DNA of 56,606 nt, counting the filler, from Sphacelaria rigidula (taxonomy: Eukaryota): assembly GCA_964200075.2 (NCBI GenBank). It is 7 parts of 7 records of this genome, joined end to end, with 100 filler letters (N's around TTAATTAATTAA, not from the genome) between each part and the next. Parts side by side here need not be neighbours in the genome. Positions count along the whole stretch, not along the records: positions 8,103 to 16,103 come from CAXNAA020012689.1; positions 16,204 to 24,204 come from CAXNAA020012690.1; 5 more parts are not named here. One strand, 5' to 3'. How positions within the stretch are numbered: the first letter of the stretch is position 1; the number at the start of each line of letters is the position of its first letter. The position numbers were made by a program, and so were the translations under genes. The notes beneath the pieces are model-generated. The model was not told the DNA's origin. It saw nothing but the letters and a program-made list of their open reading frames with translations, and searched no databases. This document shows, piece after piece, positions 11,410 to 23,306 of this stretch.

Positions 11410-11572
11410 CTCGCGGCCTAGGTAGTTGGGGGATCCCTGCTTGCAGTGCATTCTGGGCAACCTGGGCGTGACATTCACGAAGCTCCGGGGTTGAGCATCG
11501 TCGAAGGGGGAGACAGAGTGATCTCCGTTGTCGGGGAGCAGCACACAGCGTCCTCGTTCACTCTCGGGAAGG
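11410..11572 (-). CDS. CHAT-STAND gene, exon C (linker into the NTPase): LPESERGRCVLLPDNGDHSVSPFDDAQPRSFVNVTPRLPRMHCKQGSPNYLGRE
   Basis: Acceptor TTGCTGGCAG| is in phase 2, matching the upstream exon; canonical donor GAG|GTAAGT; ends in the (F/Y)xGRE motif that opens STAND NTPase domains. Confidence 0.8.
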
Positions 11573-13725
11573 CTGCCAGCAACCGGAATACGAAGAACAC
11601 AATGCTCGCAGGTGAGGTAGCAATTCCAAAAAAAAACACACGCTATTGGGCTGAATGGAAACTGACTTTTGTACTTATTCGTTTTCAAAGACCATGAGGC
11701 AAGCGGCCACGGCCAAACAACACAAGGGGAGAAAATGTCGCCACGAAGTCAAGTAGCACGAAACGAAAAGAAAGAAGTCTATCTTACAGCACAGAGTTGG
11801 AGCGGCCGGTTCGGGAGGAGTATGCGACGTTAGGAATACTGCGCCTGGAACAGTTGTGCTTCGCCTGTCTCACAAAAAGCTGTGGTTTGGGCAGAGCAGC
11901 AGCAGTGTTTTCACAAGCAGCACTGACAGTACAAACCAACTCTCCTCCCATTGCGCTGAGTGCAGGCTCAAACTCCCCCAACAAAGTGAAGGGGAGAACG
12001 AGGGTTACGGTACAGCGGTGGACTCGGTTTAGCGTCGCCTGCCTGATTTTCTGCCAAACGGATAAAGCGCCGATTTTTGGCTCTGCACCATTTTCGATGG
12101 ATTTTGTGCTGGTGTACCAAAACCGGCATAAAATGGGGCCAATATTCATGCGCGCGAGTTTAATCGATTCCACAAGTGCTCCTATGTGTGGCGAATGTCA
12201 CTCTGGTGACAAGTTCTCTGACGACGAGTCCTCATCCGCGTCATCTTGACTGGTGAAGGTGGAATCAACACGAGCTCGATTCCCGCTAGATAGATGGGTT
12301 AGGGCTTTTTGTTCAAAATACCTGATATTCGTCGTTGAAAGCGTCGACACGTGGGTAGCAAAAATATTTTATTTGACGAGAGTAGACCCGGTGCGAGAGT
12401 ACCGGTGGTCACGATCCAATCCGCGAGACCATAATGCAAGGCGTCACTTAATCCCTTGACAGGATGGACTCGTCCCGAGGAAAAGGGAGGGTTGAAAGGG
12501 TGACGAGAAAAACCAACAAGGATACGAAAAGTAAACCACCTCGTCCGCTCCGAAGTGCGCCACTCAACACGAAACGAGGGCAATGAGGCTGCCGTATCGC
12601 CGTCACGACTCCTTCACTCTGCTCGACCACGTCTTTCAACTACACAACTGGACATCCATCCGTTTGAACGTGCGGATCACACAACAATAATTATGTTTTT
12701 TTCCCCCATACTGCGCCCAACACCATTGTTCTTGCACGCCACCCACACTGTTGCACGGCCCATAGCACAGCACGTGCGAAGAAAGGCTCGGGTTCTGAAC
12801 GGGGGTACCAAGAGCACTCTACCTACGCCATGCGACAGGTCCGCTGGAGGCTACGTACCCCCATCGTCGGGCGCCGCATAACGTACTGACTGCTACTCTG
12901 AGGCGGACAGTGTGCTCTGCTAGAGGCAACTACTCATGACGCGCATTTCGACGTTGGTGTACAGGCGCTGAAGAGCAAATTGATGTTGTCATCTGAATCA
13001 GTGAAGTTAATCGAAACGGCGACTGCCGGAGGCAACAACTGCTTGAATTCCTGTTGGACGCTTGGTCTACACAGGGGCTCCCGCAAGGCGCAAAACAAGT
13101 GAACAATGTTGCCTCGAGCTTACTCAGTACACTTAGAGCGCCACTGCTGGCCGTAAACGAATGCTGTGTCACCCGAACGTCGAAATATAGCATTTGCTCG
13201 CTACTTCACGCTGTCGCAAACAAGCAACAATGTGGAGCTGCCCGAGACTTGACTGTATACAATCGAAATCAAGCACATGGCTCAGCAATGCCTCCACGTA
13301 GGCAGCAGCACAGAGGATCTGTTGCGATCTTCGAGAATTCCGAACATCCGAAGTACACAATACGAGCACACATTCTACTCCACACCGCGTTATCGGTAAC
13401 GGTGACTCCCTTTGCGGCTACTGAGTACGCTTCTACTTTTGCGGATAATATCCACGTTTATTTGGTATTTTCTTTTTTCCGACGTGAGCCGGAGGCCGTG
13501 TACGCTGTGTTTTCACCGCCTACACACATGAAAAAAGACTGGGCGCGCCATACGGCCCATAAAGTGTTTGTGGGTGTGTCTTCGTATCAATCAATCATGT
13601 ACTATATCTCACACTTTCAAAACCCCTCCCCTTCGGAAAGAGTCCGTAATCTCAAGAGATCTACCCGTCTCCTTCCCCCGGTATGCACGTGCATATTTTC
13701 CTCCGACAAAAGTTGGTAAACGCAC

Positions 13726-13858
13726 CGGGTCACGCCCGCATCGAAGGACTGTCGCAAAGTACGACCTTGGGCGAGGTAGTGATAGAACTTGCACATGAAG
13801 TCCAGCATCACACCATGATGGTCGTCGCTTGTATCGGCAGCCACCACGTGCGAGATGC
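13726..13858 (-). CDS. CHAT-STAND gene, exon B (C-terminal part of the CHAT-like domain): GISHVVAADTSDDHHGVMLDFMCKFYHYLAQGRTLRQSFDAGVT
   Basis: Acceptor TTTCGACAG| (phase 1) and donor CG|GTGCGT (phase 2); FMxxFYxxLxxGxTLxxSF is typical of the end of CHAT domains. Confidence 0.8.
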
Positions 13859-14789
13859 CTGTCGAAACCAAGGGGAAAGAGTGCGAGAGTTATTCTTGTT
13901 GCACTTTTCTCTCGCGTCTGTTGTTGATTGACTATTCTTGCTGTTTAATTACGCCTTCAATTTTGTTGTTCTCTTTTCTGGTTCAGGCTTATTTTCAAAA
14001 GCGTATATTCTGCTACGGTACCCGAATCCCCTCTCCCAGGTACTCTACGACCACGGTTCGAGGAGTCTGTTCGTGTCTGTGACTAATGTTGCTTGATTGA
14101 TTGATTGACGTACGTGAGCACAAACTGATCCACCACGTAACCGGACGCGCGTTGTAACGATCATTTTTACTTGAGTGGCCCTTGGGGTACTAATCAATCC
14201 CCACTAGACCGCACCGAAAGCGTTTAATCTCTGCTTGATTTGATCGTCGTAAACGCCAAAAATCGAGAGCCGCAACCCCTTGTTCCGAACCCAAACCTCG
14301 GAAAAAATCCCCTCCGGAGTGCTTTTGCGGCTAGGACCGCAAAGGCGTTCTCTCCGAGGGGACAGGACTCGCAGAAAAATGATCTTCCCCCAAAAACGTC
14401 CTTTTGCTCGCGAGGAGCTCCGGCGCCTAAAGGGTTGTAAATGCGACGACGCTCCAATTATATCTTGCAGGACACGAGAGATGATGAGCCATTTTCCGAA
14501 GGTGTTGCATCACTCCCACCGTCTCCGATTGGATCATGACTCGAAGAAAATACTGTACAACGCTAACCCATCGGACACAAAAGTTGATACGATGGGTCCC
14601 TCCATCGAGTGGTAGACAGGGAAAGACACAGTCCAGGCGCTGTTGGCTTGCACCGAGCAGCATGACGAGCACAACGCAACAACTGACCAAGGCCACGCAG
14701 CTTGTTCCAGCCTCCTGAAAAATTGTTTTCATGATAACTGAGAAAATTGTATTACACTAGTGTAGATGAAAGAACACACACTACAGTAC

Positions 14790-14862
14790 CTGCTCTGATA
14801 AACGCCCCTGCAACAACCTTCGCCGACGCGGCGCTGAGAACCACCACCTCTGGGAGAGTCTC
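14790..14862 (-). CDS. CHAT-STAND gene, exon A (catalytic-Cys strand, here VVLSAAS): ETLPEVVVLSAASAKVVAGAFIRA
   Basis: Long pyrimidine tract with acceptor GTGCAG| and donor CAG|GTACTG (phase 1); joins exon B to give AFIRAGISHVVA, the CHAT motif AFxxAGxxxVVA. Confidence 0.8.
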
Positions 14863-15062
14863 CTGCACCACACAGAGCAACAGGAAGAAGAAAAAGAAAA
14901 ACGCGGTTACTCCCTCATAATGTGTAACTTCAACCCAAAAAGTACACGAACCAAGCATTCAAACAAGTGAGCTTGGAATGCTACTCGAGCCAGACTTTAA
15001 ACTCGAACGTGCAGAAAAAACTCGTAACTCATATGTGGGGCACACCCATGGTTCGAAGCATG

Positions 15063-15145
15063 TTTGATTGATTTAATTGATTTGATTGATTGTCGCACTT
15101 TAAGTGACCTCCCCGGGGTCCAGCCGTGGTCTCATGATGGACGTA
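15063..15145 (-). mobile_element. Family B: 3' end of a SINE/LINE-like retroposon with an (AATC)n tail
   Basis: Minus strand reads TACGTCCATCATGAGACCACGGCTGGACCCCGGGGAGGTCACTTAAAGTGCGAC-(AATC)n. Similar copies at 34089-34161 (-), 42923-42975 (+) and a stub at 15850-15885 (-). Confidence 0.65.
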
Positions 15146-16065
15146 TTTAGCCTTTTTATTTACAATAACAAAAATAATGCAAAGTGGCGCGTTACAACAG
15201 AGGCGCAACAAATCGGTCGGCCGAGAAGCGTTCTACTTCCGCACAGAGTCCTTTTCTGTTGCCAATCGGGATCATCATTTTTTTCCCTTGAGTTTTTCAC
15301 TGAGAAGGAACCAACAATAACGCCAAAATTATACTCTCTTGGCCTGACTGTTTGCGACCAATATGCGTCTACAAGCTTGCCATCGCGCCGCGGTGTGTCT
15401 ATAATAACAGTACCCCTGATAGCATTAAATCGGGAAAAACAAGGCTTCGGTTCTCGGCATCGGCCTTTTTTTTTCCCTAGAAGTATCTGATTTACAACAA
15501 TACGTCGTTGAACACGTGAGAACGTCAGTACTACAGAGAAAAATACTTTAGCTGACGAGAGTCGACCCGGTGCGGGAGTATTTGGTCGTGATCCAATCGG
15601 CGATAGCAAATTGCAAGGCGTGTATCAGAAGAGAGATGAGTTGATCGCTTGAGACCACGGACCGTTCCCAAAGAACGGGGACTAGTTGCAAGTGTGCAAA
15701 AAATACAAACTAGGGCTGCCGAGCAAATCACGGACTGACGCAGCATCGTACAGCATACGGCCGTCTTTCTAGTCATACACTTCAACCCCGCCCCTTTCTC
15801 GGAGCGACTCCATCTGTCTCAAGGGATGAAGTCATCTCTCCCTCGGCTGTTTGATTTTGATTGATTGATTGTCGCACTTTAAGGGGACTGATTCCAGTAC
15901 AAGTAGGTCGCCTGTAGTTCAATCGGTCTCATACGGATCTTCCGTAGTGTGGGTGCCCTTTTATTCGTGTAGATGTTTTTGTTTCTTGCCTTCTTCTGCG
16001 GGCTGTTTGGGCTATGGTGCACTCTTTGACCACGGGTTCGAGAGATCGAGCTAGTGTGATGGATG

Positions 16066-16070
16066 TAATA

Positions 16071-16101
<31 letters not shown>

Positions 16102-16103
16102 TA
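16066..16103. repeat. (TAA)n microsatellite at a contig end
   Basis: Read directly. Confidence 0.9.
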
Positions 16104-16203
16104 NNNNNNNNNNNNNNNNNNNNNNNNNNNNNNNNNNNNNNNNNNNNTTAATTAATTAANNNNNNNNNNNNNNNNNNNNNNNNNNNNNNNNNNNNNNNNN
16201 NNN
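16104..16203. other. Artificial contig spacer
   Basis: 44 N + TTAATTAATTAA + 44 N. Confidence 0.98.
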
Positions 16204-18694
16204 CCCCGATGTTTTCAAAATCGGGGTCCAAAAAAATCGGGATTCGTTTGCCATAAAAGTAGGTCTAAGACGTGTTTGAGCGACCCGAAGGGCTGCCAAG
16301 CGTGAAGTGAGGTTTTGTGCCGTGAGATGTTTGAGCGCCAGAAGGGCTGCGGCGTGTGTAGTGAATATCGGACCTTCAACGTCCACGAGGACTGCAAGGA
16401 CCACAGGTACCGACCAGGCGATCCGTGATAGCGTTGTATCCTATTTAGGATCCACGACAGGTGGGCTTGAAGCTTGAACTGCGGATCGCAAGGTAAAAGA
16501 CGTGGGGGAGGTTACAAAATCACCTCGCCTACACAGAGATATATGGCGTGGCGCAACGTTGGGACTGTGGGCTAAAATCAACTTTCGGGAATCGATCAAT
16601 CAAGGGGTGACCCATCGGCATGAAGCTGACCGTAAAAAGGTCGGGTTTCTTTTGTTTCCATAAAGCTAGTACGTTCGGGCTCCTCGGTGCCTTAGAGGAG
16701 TACCATTTTGCACAATTTCGAGCGCCGTTTTTTCTTGTTCCCATGAGAATAGTTCGTTCCCGTTCTTCAGGAAATTCTGCTGTTACTCCTGTCGTCTGGC
16801 GACGCAACATCAATTTTCGGGTGCCGCAGGAAATGGCAGCTGCTTCAAAGACACGAAAGGTCACAAATCATCTCACCTACAAAAACGTAACGTTTTTTAC
16901 TCTTCAACGGTTGGTCACGAAACCGCTCATAACCCTTATTATACAAAAATCCATAATGCTCGCGTCGCTACATTTTCGACGACGGAAAACATACTCGTAC
17001 CGTACGTGTAATATTCTCAGCAAAATTCCAAATGCATCCGGAGAGATTTGTACCCATATTCTACTGACATAATTAGTTTTAGTTGTACCACTGGAACTTA
17101 GACTACCGGGACGCGGCAGCAACACATGCGCCAAGGAAATCTTGGTTGTCGCGTCCTCACGTTTACAAACGTAGTTAGTTACACGCACCAATGCGTCAGC
17201 GGAGGTAAAGGAGGTACAGCGGTTGGTCTAGGACAAGCCAAGTAAGTCCTGCGCGTATTTTTCCCTTGCCGGATGATGGCGGGGGATGGCAGCAGAAGAG
17301 TCAGGGCCAATATCACCCGTCGATTGGGGCAGGCGGGCAATGAACGATGTCACAGTATGCCTTGTCCATTGTCGAACGTCATGATCGCTCATACACCATA
17401 TTTTTCTCGCCCTTGAAGGGAAAAGTTTCACGAAGTCATTGCAAAAACAATGAATTTCAATCGTTTTCAGATAGGATTCGTTGTTGCCCATGAGTCATTA
17501 TCCAGTGGCCGCTTTTCGCTTCATGTCCGAGAATACATACATTCCCCACTATTTGCTGCTCAAAGGCGTGTCAGAAAAAATCATGGTTCGGCTGTACCTG
17601 TCGATGCTCCGGTATCCTGTACCAACTGTTCCATCAAGCTCATCAAAGGTACGCTTACTCCTTGTGTTGGAGGTCCGTACCCCTTCTCCCCTCCCGTTCC
17701 GATAATATATCCCCCCCCCCGCGCTCCCCAATGCACCAACAGTCAACCAACACAGTCAACCAACACATCGCCGTGATTGGACGCGAGGAGATGCCGGGAG
17801 GATGTGCGTGTCTGGGACAACACTGAAACAGCATGCTAACTTGAGCAAGAAACAAATCTAAAACATATGGATCGGTTGCACCAACACGCACACACAAGCA
17901 CACAAAGTGGAATGGGCGCACTACTTGCTGACTGTATACGTTTTCTCAAAACTCAATTTATCTTTTTTTGCTCCCTTCCTGAGGGGGGAGGAGCACGACT
18001 GAACCGTTCAAGTCGAAAAAAGCAACACACCCCGTTTCTCTACCATCTGAAAAGAAACACTCGCTACGGTGATGGATACCACCCTATACTTGTACAGACG
18101 GGATGTATCACCACCACAGTAGCAGTCTCCGTCGAGGGTACATGTCTGTATCTCCATTTCACATGGCCGACACCAAGATGTAACTCTAATTACTTGGTGA
18201 CCACAAGGGCGCGGGTTGGAATCCCGGCTCGATCACGGCAAAAAATGAAAAACCGACAGCAAAGCTAACGGGCAACAAGTGTAAACAAAAACGATCGGAA
18301 TCAAGCAAGCAGAGTCTACAGCCTCACGCACAACCCTTTTTCAGTTTAGGTTGTTGGCTTGGGCACCTAGCACAGGCCAAAGATACCCGAAGAAATGTAT
18401 GAAAAACATCCTCACAGCTGGCCAGCGAAAAACGCTCCCACTGCAAACATCTTCTCGTCACAATAATGCAGCACGATGAGACTCGTAAAAGGGGAAACCG
18501 TGATCTGGATATTACCCTGAAAAAGATGTAAACTCTCCCAACAAGCCTTTGCCGAGAGCACACCACGTTCTCACATCAACTAGAAACACCAGCACACATG
18601 AAGTCAACACACCCATCAACGCATGCCCGTTTTAAAGTTATACCGCTCGCGCACCACCACTCGAACGACACGCGTTGTCTGCTGTCGGAAAACA

Positions 18695-18817
18695 CTACGC
18701 CGCGCTTGCTGTCTGCGCCGCAGCAGCCTCCTCGGCCGCCTTGGGGCTGTACATTTGAAGCGAGTATACCGTGTTTCGCCTCACGTTATCCAGCAAGTCG
18801 CGGTATATCTCCCGCCC
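18695..18817 (-). CDS. secA: SecA terminal exon: GREIYRDLLDNVRRNTVYSLQMYSPKAAEEAAAAQTASAA*
   Basis: Acceptor ATTATTCCAG|GGG in phase 0; resembles the cyanobacterial/plastid SecA C-terminus (G..LF..M...IRRNVIYS...F.P); TAG stop. Confidence 0.85.
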   Translation of the reverse strand, partial: GREIYRDLLDNVRRNTVYSLQMYSPKAAEEAAAAQTASAA

Positions 18818-19094
18818 CTGGAATAATGTCATGTGCCACACGGGTCCGAAACGAGCAGCGAATCGGGGAGCAGAGTGAGCCGTTGATTCGCCAAACATTT
18901 CGCAGACTTGGAATCAAGTTTTCATTTGTCTCAAGAGGACCAAAAGCTCCCTTGCTCGTCTATGCCCAGCGCTGCGATCAATCTATACACCAACCGCTCC
19001 ACCGGTACACTATATAACGGTTGTATGACCTATCCTCTTCTTCTGAAATTTCGGCAGAAACATTCTCTGGGCCGTTGACTGGCAAGAATTTTCA

Positions 19095-19280
19095 TCTCCC
19101 GAGCCTTGACAGGCCACCCTTTCGTCTTCACTTGATTTGAGAGTGCGTTCTGTGTCCGTCAATGTCTTGAGCGCTGACAGGTCATATTTCGCCCCTACTT
19201 GGTTTTAGAGTGCGTTCTATATCTGCCAATGACTTGAGCGCTGACAGGCACATTTCGCTTGGCTGTTGAGCGCGTTCTGT
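19095..19280. repeat. Intronic minisatellite, about 67-bp period, 2-3 copies
   Basis: GAGTGCGTTCT..TC.G.CAATG.CTTGAGCGCTGACAGG.CA.ATTTCGC at 19141 and 19208. Confidence 0.7.
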
Positions 19281-22200
19281 TTTTACTTTGGGGTCAGCGC
19301 ATTTGCTTTCCGCGGTGTGTTGTGCATGGCGTTGCGGTGCGTTCCGTTCGATACCTTGAGTGCGTCTATTGCTTCGCTCGTCTCTGTTCTTCCGGTAACT
19401 AGACGTAGCTTAAGGCTTCCCTTTTTGGCTGCGCGCGGCACGAGCAGCATCTACTTTATGATACGAAAAAGAAAAATCCCGATTAGGAAGATTAGCCGTT
19501 AATCTGGCCATGATAATTGCGCGAGTAGGGAGAGAGCACCAAACAGCCCTACGCAACGCATTTACATATAATCGGAAGGCCGTAGGGTGTACAACAGAGC
19601 GTGATTGGGGCCCATTTCAAGCTCGGAGAGTAGAGCGCTCGTTAAGATAAAAAGGCATTGCCACCATGCATCGTGTACAGTACCGTACAGTATTTCGCTG
19701 TGGCCTGTCTACCAGTCTCGGGTTAACCATGACCGTTTTGACCCTTTGAACGCCGGAGGTGTCCATTTGTGAAATCGGCATCACTTTCATTCATTTTTCA
19801 AGTGAAGATGATATCGATTCCATGAACACCTCCGACCGTGCTCGTTATAACCCTTCGATTCCCAACCCCCCCGAAATGTGGACCCAGATGGACTGTGCCA
19901 CATGTGGAGTTCACAACAAGTGTTTTTCAACCGACACGCCTTTTCGCACAACATGTGAATCTTGGGCATATTCAAGTACATAGAAAAGAATCCCGGAGAA
20001 CCTGACCGGTTTTGAGCCACAAGTTCAAGCGCGTGAGCATGCTGAGTCAGTATAGACAGAAGGTACGTCTCCGCTGAGCAGTTTCAGTTTTCGTGGCGTA
20101 CTGTACATGCCTTTACAGCGTGTGAACGGTGCATAGTGGCAGCCGCCACTGCTGCGATATATGCAAACAACATACATCCTCTTCTCCCAGCTATGCTCTC
20201 GCAGCAGTCCTGGTACTGTTGGGGTAGAGCTGGCACACGATGCGCATGTTGTGATGCTGCACGCATGTCACACTGTCTCAACTGCACCTCCTCTTTTACT
20301 GCCTGTACCAAGTCCATACTGCTGCTACTTTCCCGTTCATACGTGTGGACGTGTTTCATTAGAGACTGAATACAGTGGTATGCCACTGTCAGCATGCCAT
20401 CGCACTCCTCCTCACGCAATGTACTGGTGGGGTAAGGCTAGCACATGGCACAGCCCGAGCGTGTTTTCGATCTAGCCTTACCCCAGCAGTGTCATCGTCT
20501 CAACTCTACTTATTTCTCTTGTCTCTGTATCGTTGATCGTATTAGTGCCGCTGCATCTGCTACTCTACCGTACATTCGATTTTTTCATCATCAGTGGCTG
20601 AGTAAAAAGGAAAGAAGCAGTCAGCGTGCCATTTGCTGATCAGTGAACACAGTCCACTGCACGCTGCTAATGTCTTCGCCACGTGTTCCATGACAACACT
20701 ACAGACAGTATGGAGCTATGCTGGCTACACCAGGGGGGTCAGGCAGGCGGCAAAGCCTACGAGGAGAGTAAAAAGCACGCCCTCTGTCCATGTTTTCTAT
20801 GGTTGAGCGGTCGTCACCAACATGGCCAAATACAGCTCCGCTGCCGCGTACTGTAGTCCACCTGTAGGGGAACAAAGTGCCCATTGTGACCAATCACAAC
20901 ATAACGATCAATATGGCCACTCCTGCCCTCTCGGGTCTCGTCTCCGGTATACCAAGTAGATTTTCCGGGGGAAACTTCCAAACACACATGATTGGCTTCG
21001 TGAGCTTCTCTGCTGTTCTGCGAACAGGCACTCTCCGCCCGGTCAAAAATCACTCCCGCGCGCCCCCCGTGCCCCGTGAAAACCCCCGGATGCTTCTGAG
21101 CTGTCAGCCGGCGGAACTGTCCCGAAGATAGGCTCGCAATCAAATGATGCCGATTCCACATATGGCTACCTCCGGCGGTCAAAGGGTCAACGCTCTCCTG
21201 TCGGGTCGTTGCCTCTCTACTCAGACTACTGTGCTGCGCTACATTCATCACTGATGTACTGTAGTGCTTTACGAGAACTGTCTACACACACGTGTGCTGT
21301 GCTTCATCTATCCCTACTGTAATTTCCGCGTGTACGAGAACTGCCACGGAAAGTCGAACGACCACGGGTTGGTCGGTGCGCTCAGGTATCGTTGTGTGTG
21401 TTTGCGTGTTGGTGCATATGTGGTGTTTCAACGACACGCTGCAGCCAATGCAGGACCGTACAGTCGTACACCATACGGTGTGGCGTCTGTAGCTGGATGT
21501 GTTTCCTGAAGAGTGTAGTAGGGTGTACTGTACGGTAACAGGATATTGCCGCATGCTAACCACAACTCATATGTACCTTGGTACAAGATTCATTGAGAGT
21601 GATGACGTAAGCCGCCGATACTCATATATATATATATATGTATATACATCTCACATGGGTTTGGGATAGATGGCTGACCACCCTTATGGGAAATCAGAAG
21701 CATTACTTACAACGGCCGGAAATGTCATGTCGACGTTTACCGCGAAAACCGACGACCTTGTTCAAGCGCTGTACACAAATAATAAGCCGACGCTACTGGA
21801 CCGGCAGTGCAGTACAGTACAAGAGTGCGAACCCCTTCTTTTCTATCGTGACCTTGAATGCCCTGCTTCGTCGGAATTTCAGTGTGTGCTTCGAAGTCCT
21901 GAAATGACAGCGCGGACATACCTTCCCCTCCCAGTTCGAAACACAATATGAGACTACAGTCGCGTAATGAAGCGTGGATGAAAAAAATTAACAAGTGAAA
22001 CGAGCGTGGTCACGTGTGCCCGGAAGTACGACCACAGTCCCGGAGGGTATTTCGGTCCGCGCTTTTCCTACTTTTGCTTAGCGCACCCACCTACTTATAT
22101 CATAAATCATTTCAACGCTGCTGCGAGCCGCACACATAGGAGGCAAAAACATACGACAAGTTGGAACAAGAAAGAAGGCAAGCGAGAAGGAATGATGATG

Positions 22201-22434
22201 ACAGGTATGTATCGCATTTTTCGCCAGAGTGATTGAACTCACCCCCGAGGCATTCAAGCCCCCCGTGTACCCCTTACTCCTTGAAAGACTTCGTGAAGCA
22301 ACAAGGCAATCTCAGGCGCTGCAAGCTGCCAATAGAGCATGCGCATGACTCAACATGACCCTCCCACCCCCGTTTTTCATGGACACAACACAAATATTGA
22401 AAAATGAAGGGCAAAAAAAGTAAACAAAATTGAA

Positions 22435-22475
22435 GGGAAAGGAACGGAAACGAAAGGAAACGAAAGGAAACGAAA
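22435..22475. repeat. (GAAAS)n pentanucleotide repeat just downstream of a SecA donor site
   Basis: GGAAAGGAACGGAAACGAAAGGAAACGAAAGGAAACGAAAG. Confidence 0.7.
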
Positions 22476-22514
22476 GCCAACGATGGCACACCGTGGCACC
22501 GTCGTCTTCGTCAC

Positions 22515-22691
22515 CTGTTCCTGGAACTCTTCCAAGGGATTCCTGCCCCTGTAGACCTCCATGGACACGCTCTCCTTCAGCAGGTTCATGTTCTCCAGGT
22601 GAGTGCACCACAGCGTGTCCATCTGCGTCAGCGCCAAGAATCTCGTCGCCTCGCTGCTCAAGTCAGCCTTATACTCCTCGATCTCGGCAAG
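22515..22691 (-). CDS. secA: SecA wing/scaffold (IRA1) exon: LAEIEEYKADLSSEATRFLALTQMDTLWCTHLENMNLLKESVSMEVYRGRNPLEEFQEQ
   Basis: Acceptor TGTGTCTAG| and donor CAG|GTGACG; 177 nt, phase 0-0; matches the SecA consensus ERxxxLxxIDxLWxxHLxxMxxLRxxVxLRxYxQxDPLxEY. Confidence 0.9.
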
Positions 22692-23171
22692 CTAGACACA
22701 CGCATCAACCGTATCGTGCCGTGTATTGATCCCCAGTCATCATTCAGCGCATACGGGTATTGGTTGGGCGGGGCGAGGGGTACAAATCGCGGGGCTTACG
22801 GAACAGGCGAGAAAATGTGGAGGCCGTGCGAGCTTGTCGGCGAAAACTCTTGCTTCCCTTCGAGAATAGTTCTCGTCGTGTCCCAAAGTTTCAACCGACA
22901 GCTGCAACATGTTGCCACTCACAAACCGGACCCACCGTAAGTGTTATTGCCTAGCCTCCAACATGTTGCCACGGTAACAGCTTGCACGGCAATACTGGTC
23001 ATGCTCGCGACCACCCGCGGGTCATGTCTACTGGTACAGTAGAGCAGGGTCCTGAATGAAACGGCTCTCGACAAAAAAACAATTCGAGGGGCGGGGGAGG
23101 GGGGGGGGAATAAAAGCGCTACAAAGAGGTGATGTATCACCAATCATGTACAGTACAAGGACGCATCGTAC

Positions 23172-23306
23172 CTTCTTCACGGTGGCCGTCTTCGCCTGGT
23201 CAAGGCAGTGTTGCAAGACCTTGCTCGCCCCACCCGATTCATACGCTGCCGCGAGTGCCGCCTCGGACAGGGAGGATGCCTCGGCCAAGGGGTAGAACTG
23301 TTGCAG
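23172..23306 (-). CDS. secA: SecA helical wing exon: LQQFYPLAEASSLSEAALAAAYESGGASKVLQHCLDQAKTATVKK
   Basis: Acceptor TTCTCTCTGCTAAG| (an alternative in-frame acceptor would start the exon at 23297); donor AAG|GTACGA, phase 0; the position fits the K(L/V)QQ(Y/F) wing segment of plastid-type SecA. Confidence 0.7.

Noticed and set aside
11784-13719. ORFs of 129-221 aa inside the CHAT-STAND intron
   Set aside because: No identifiable domain, and the flanking exons already splice in phase without them.
20814-21951. ORFs inside the last SecA intron
   Set aside because: No recognisable homology; SecA is continuous across this intron (FQEQ|GREI).
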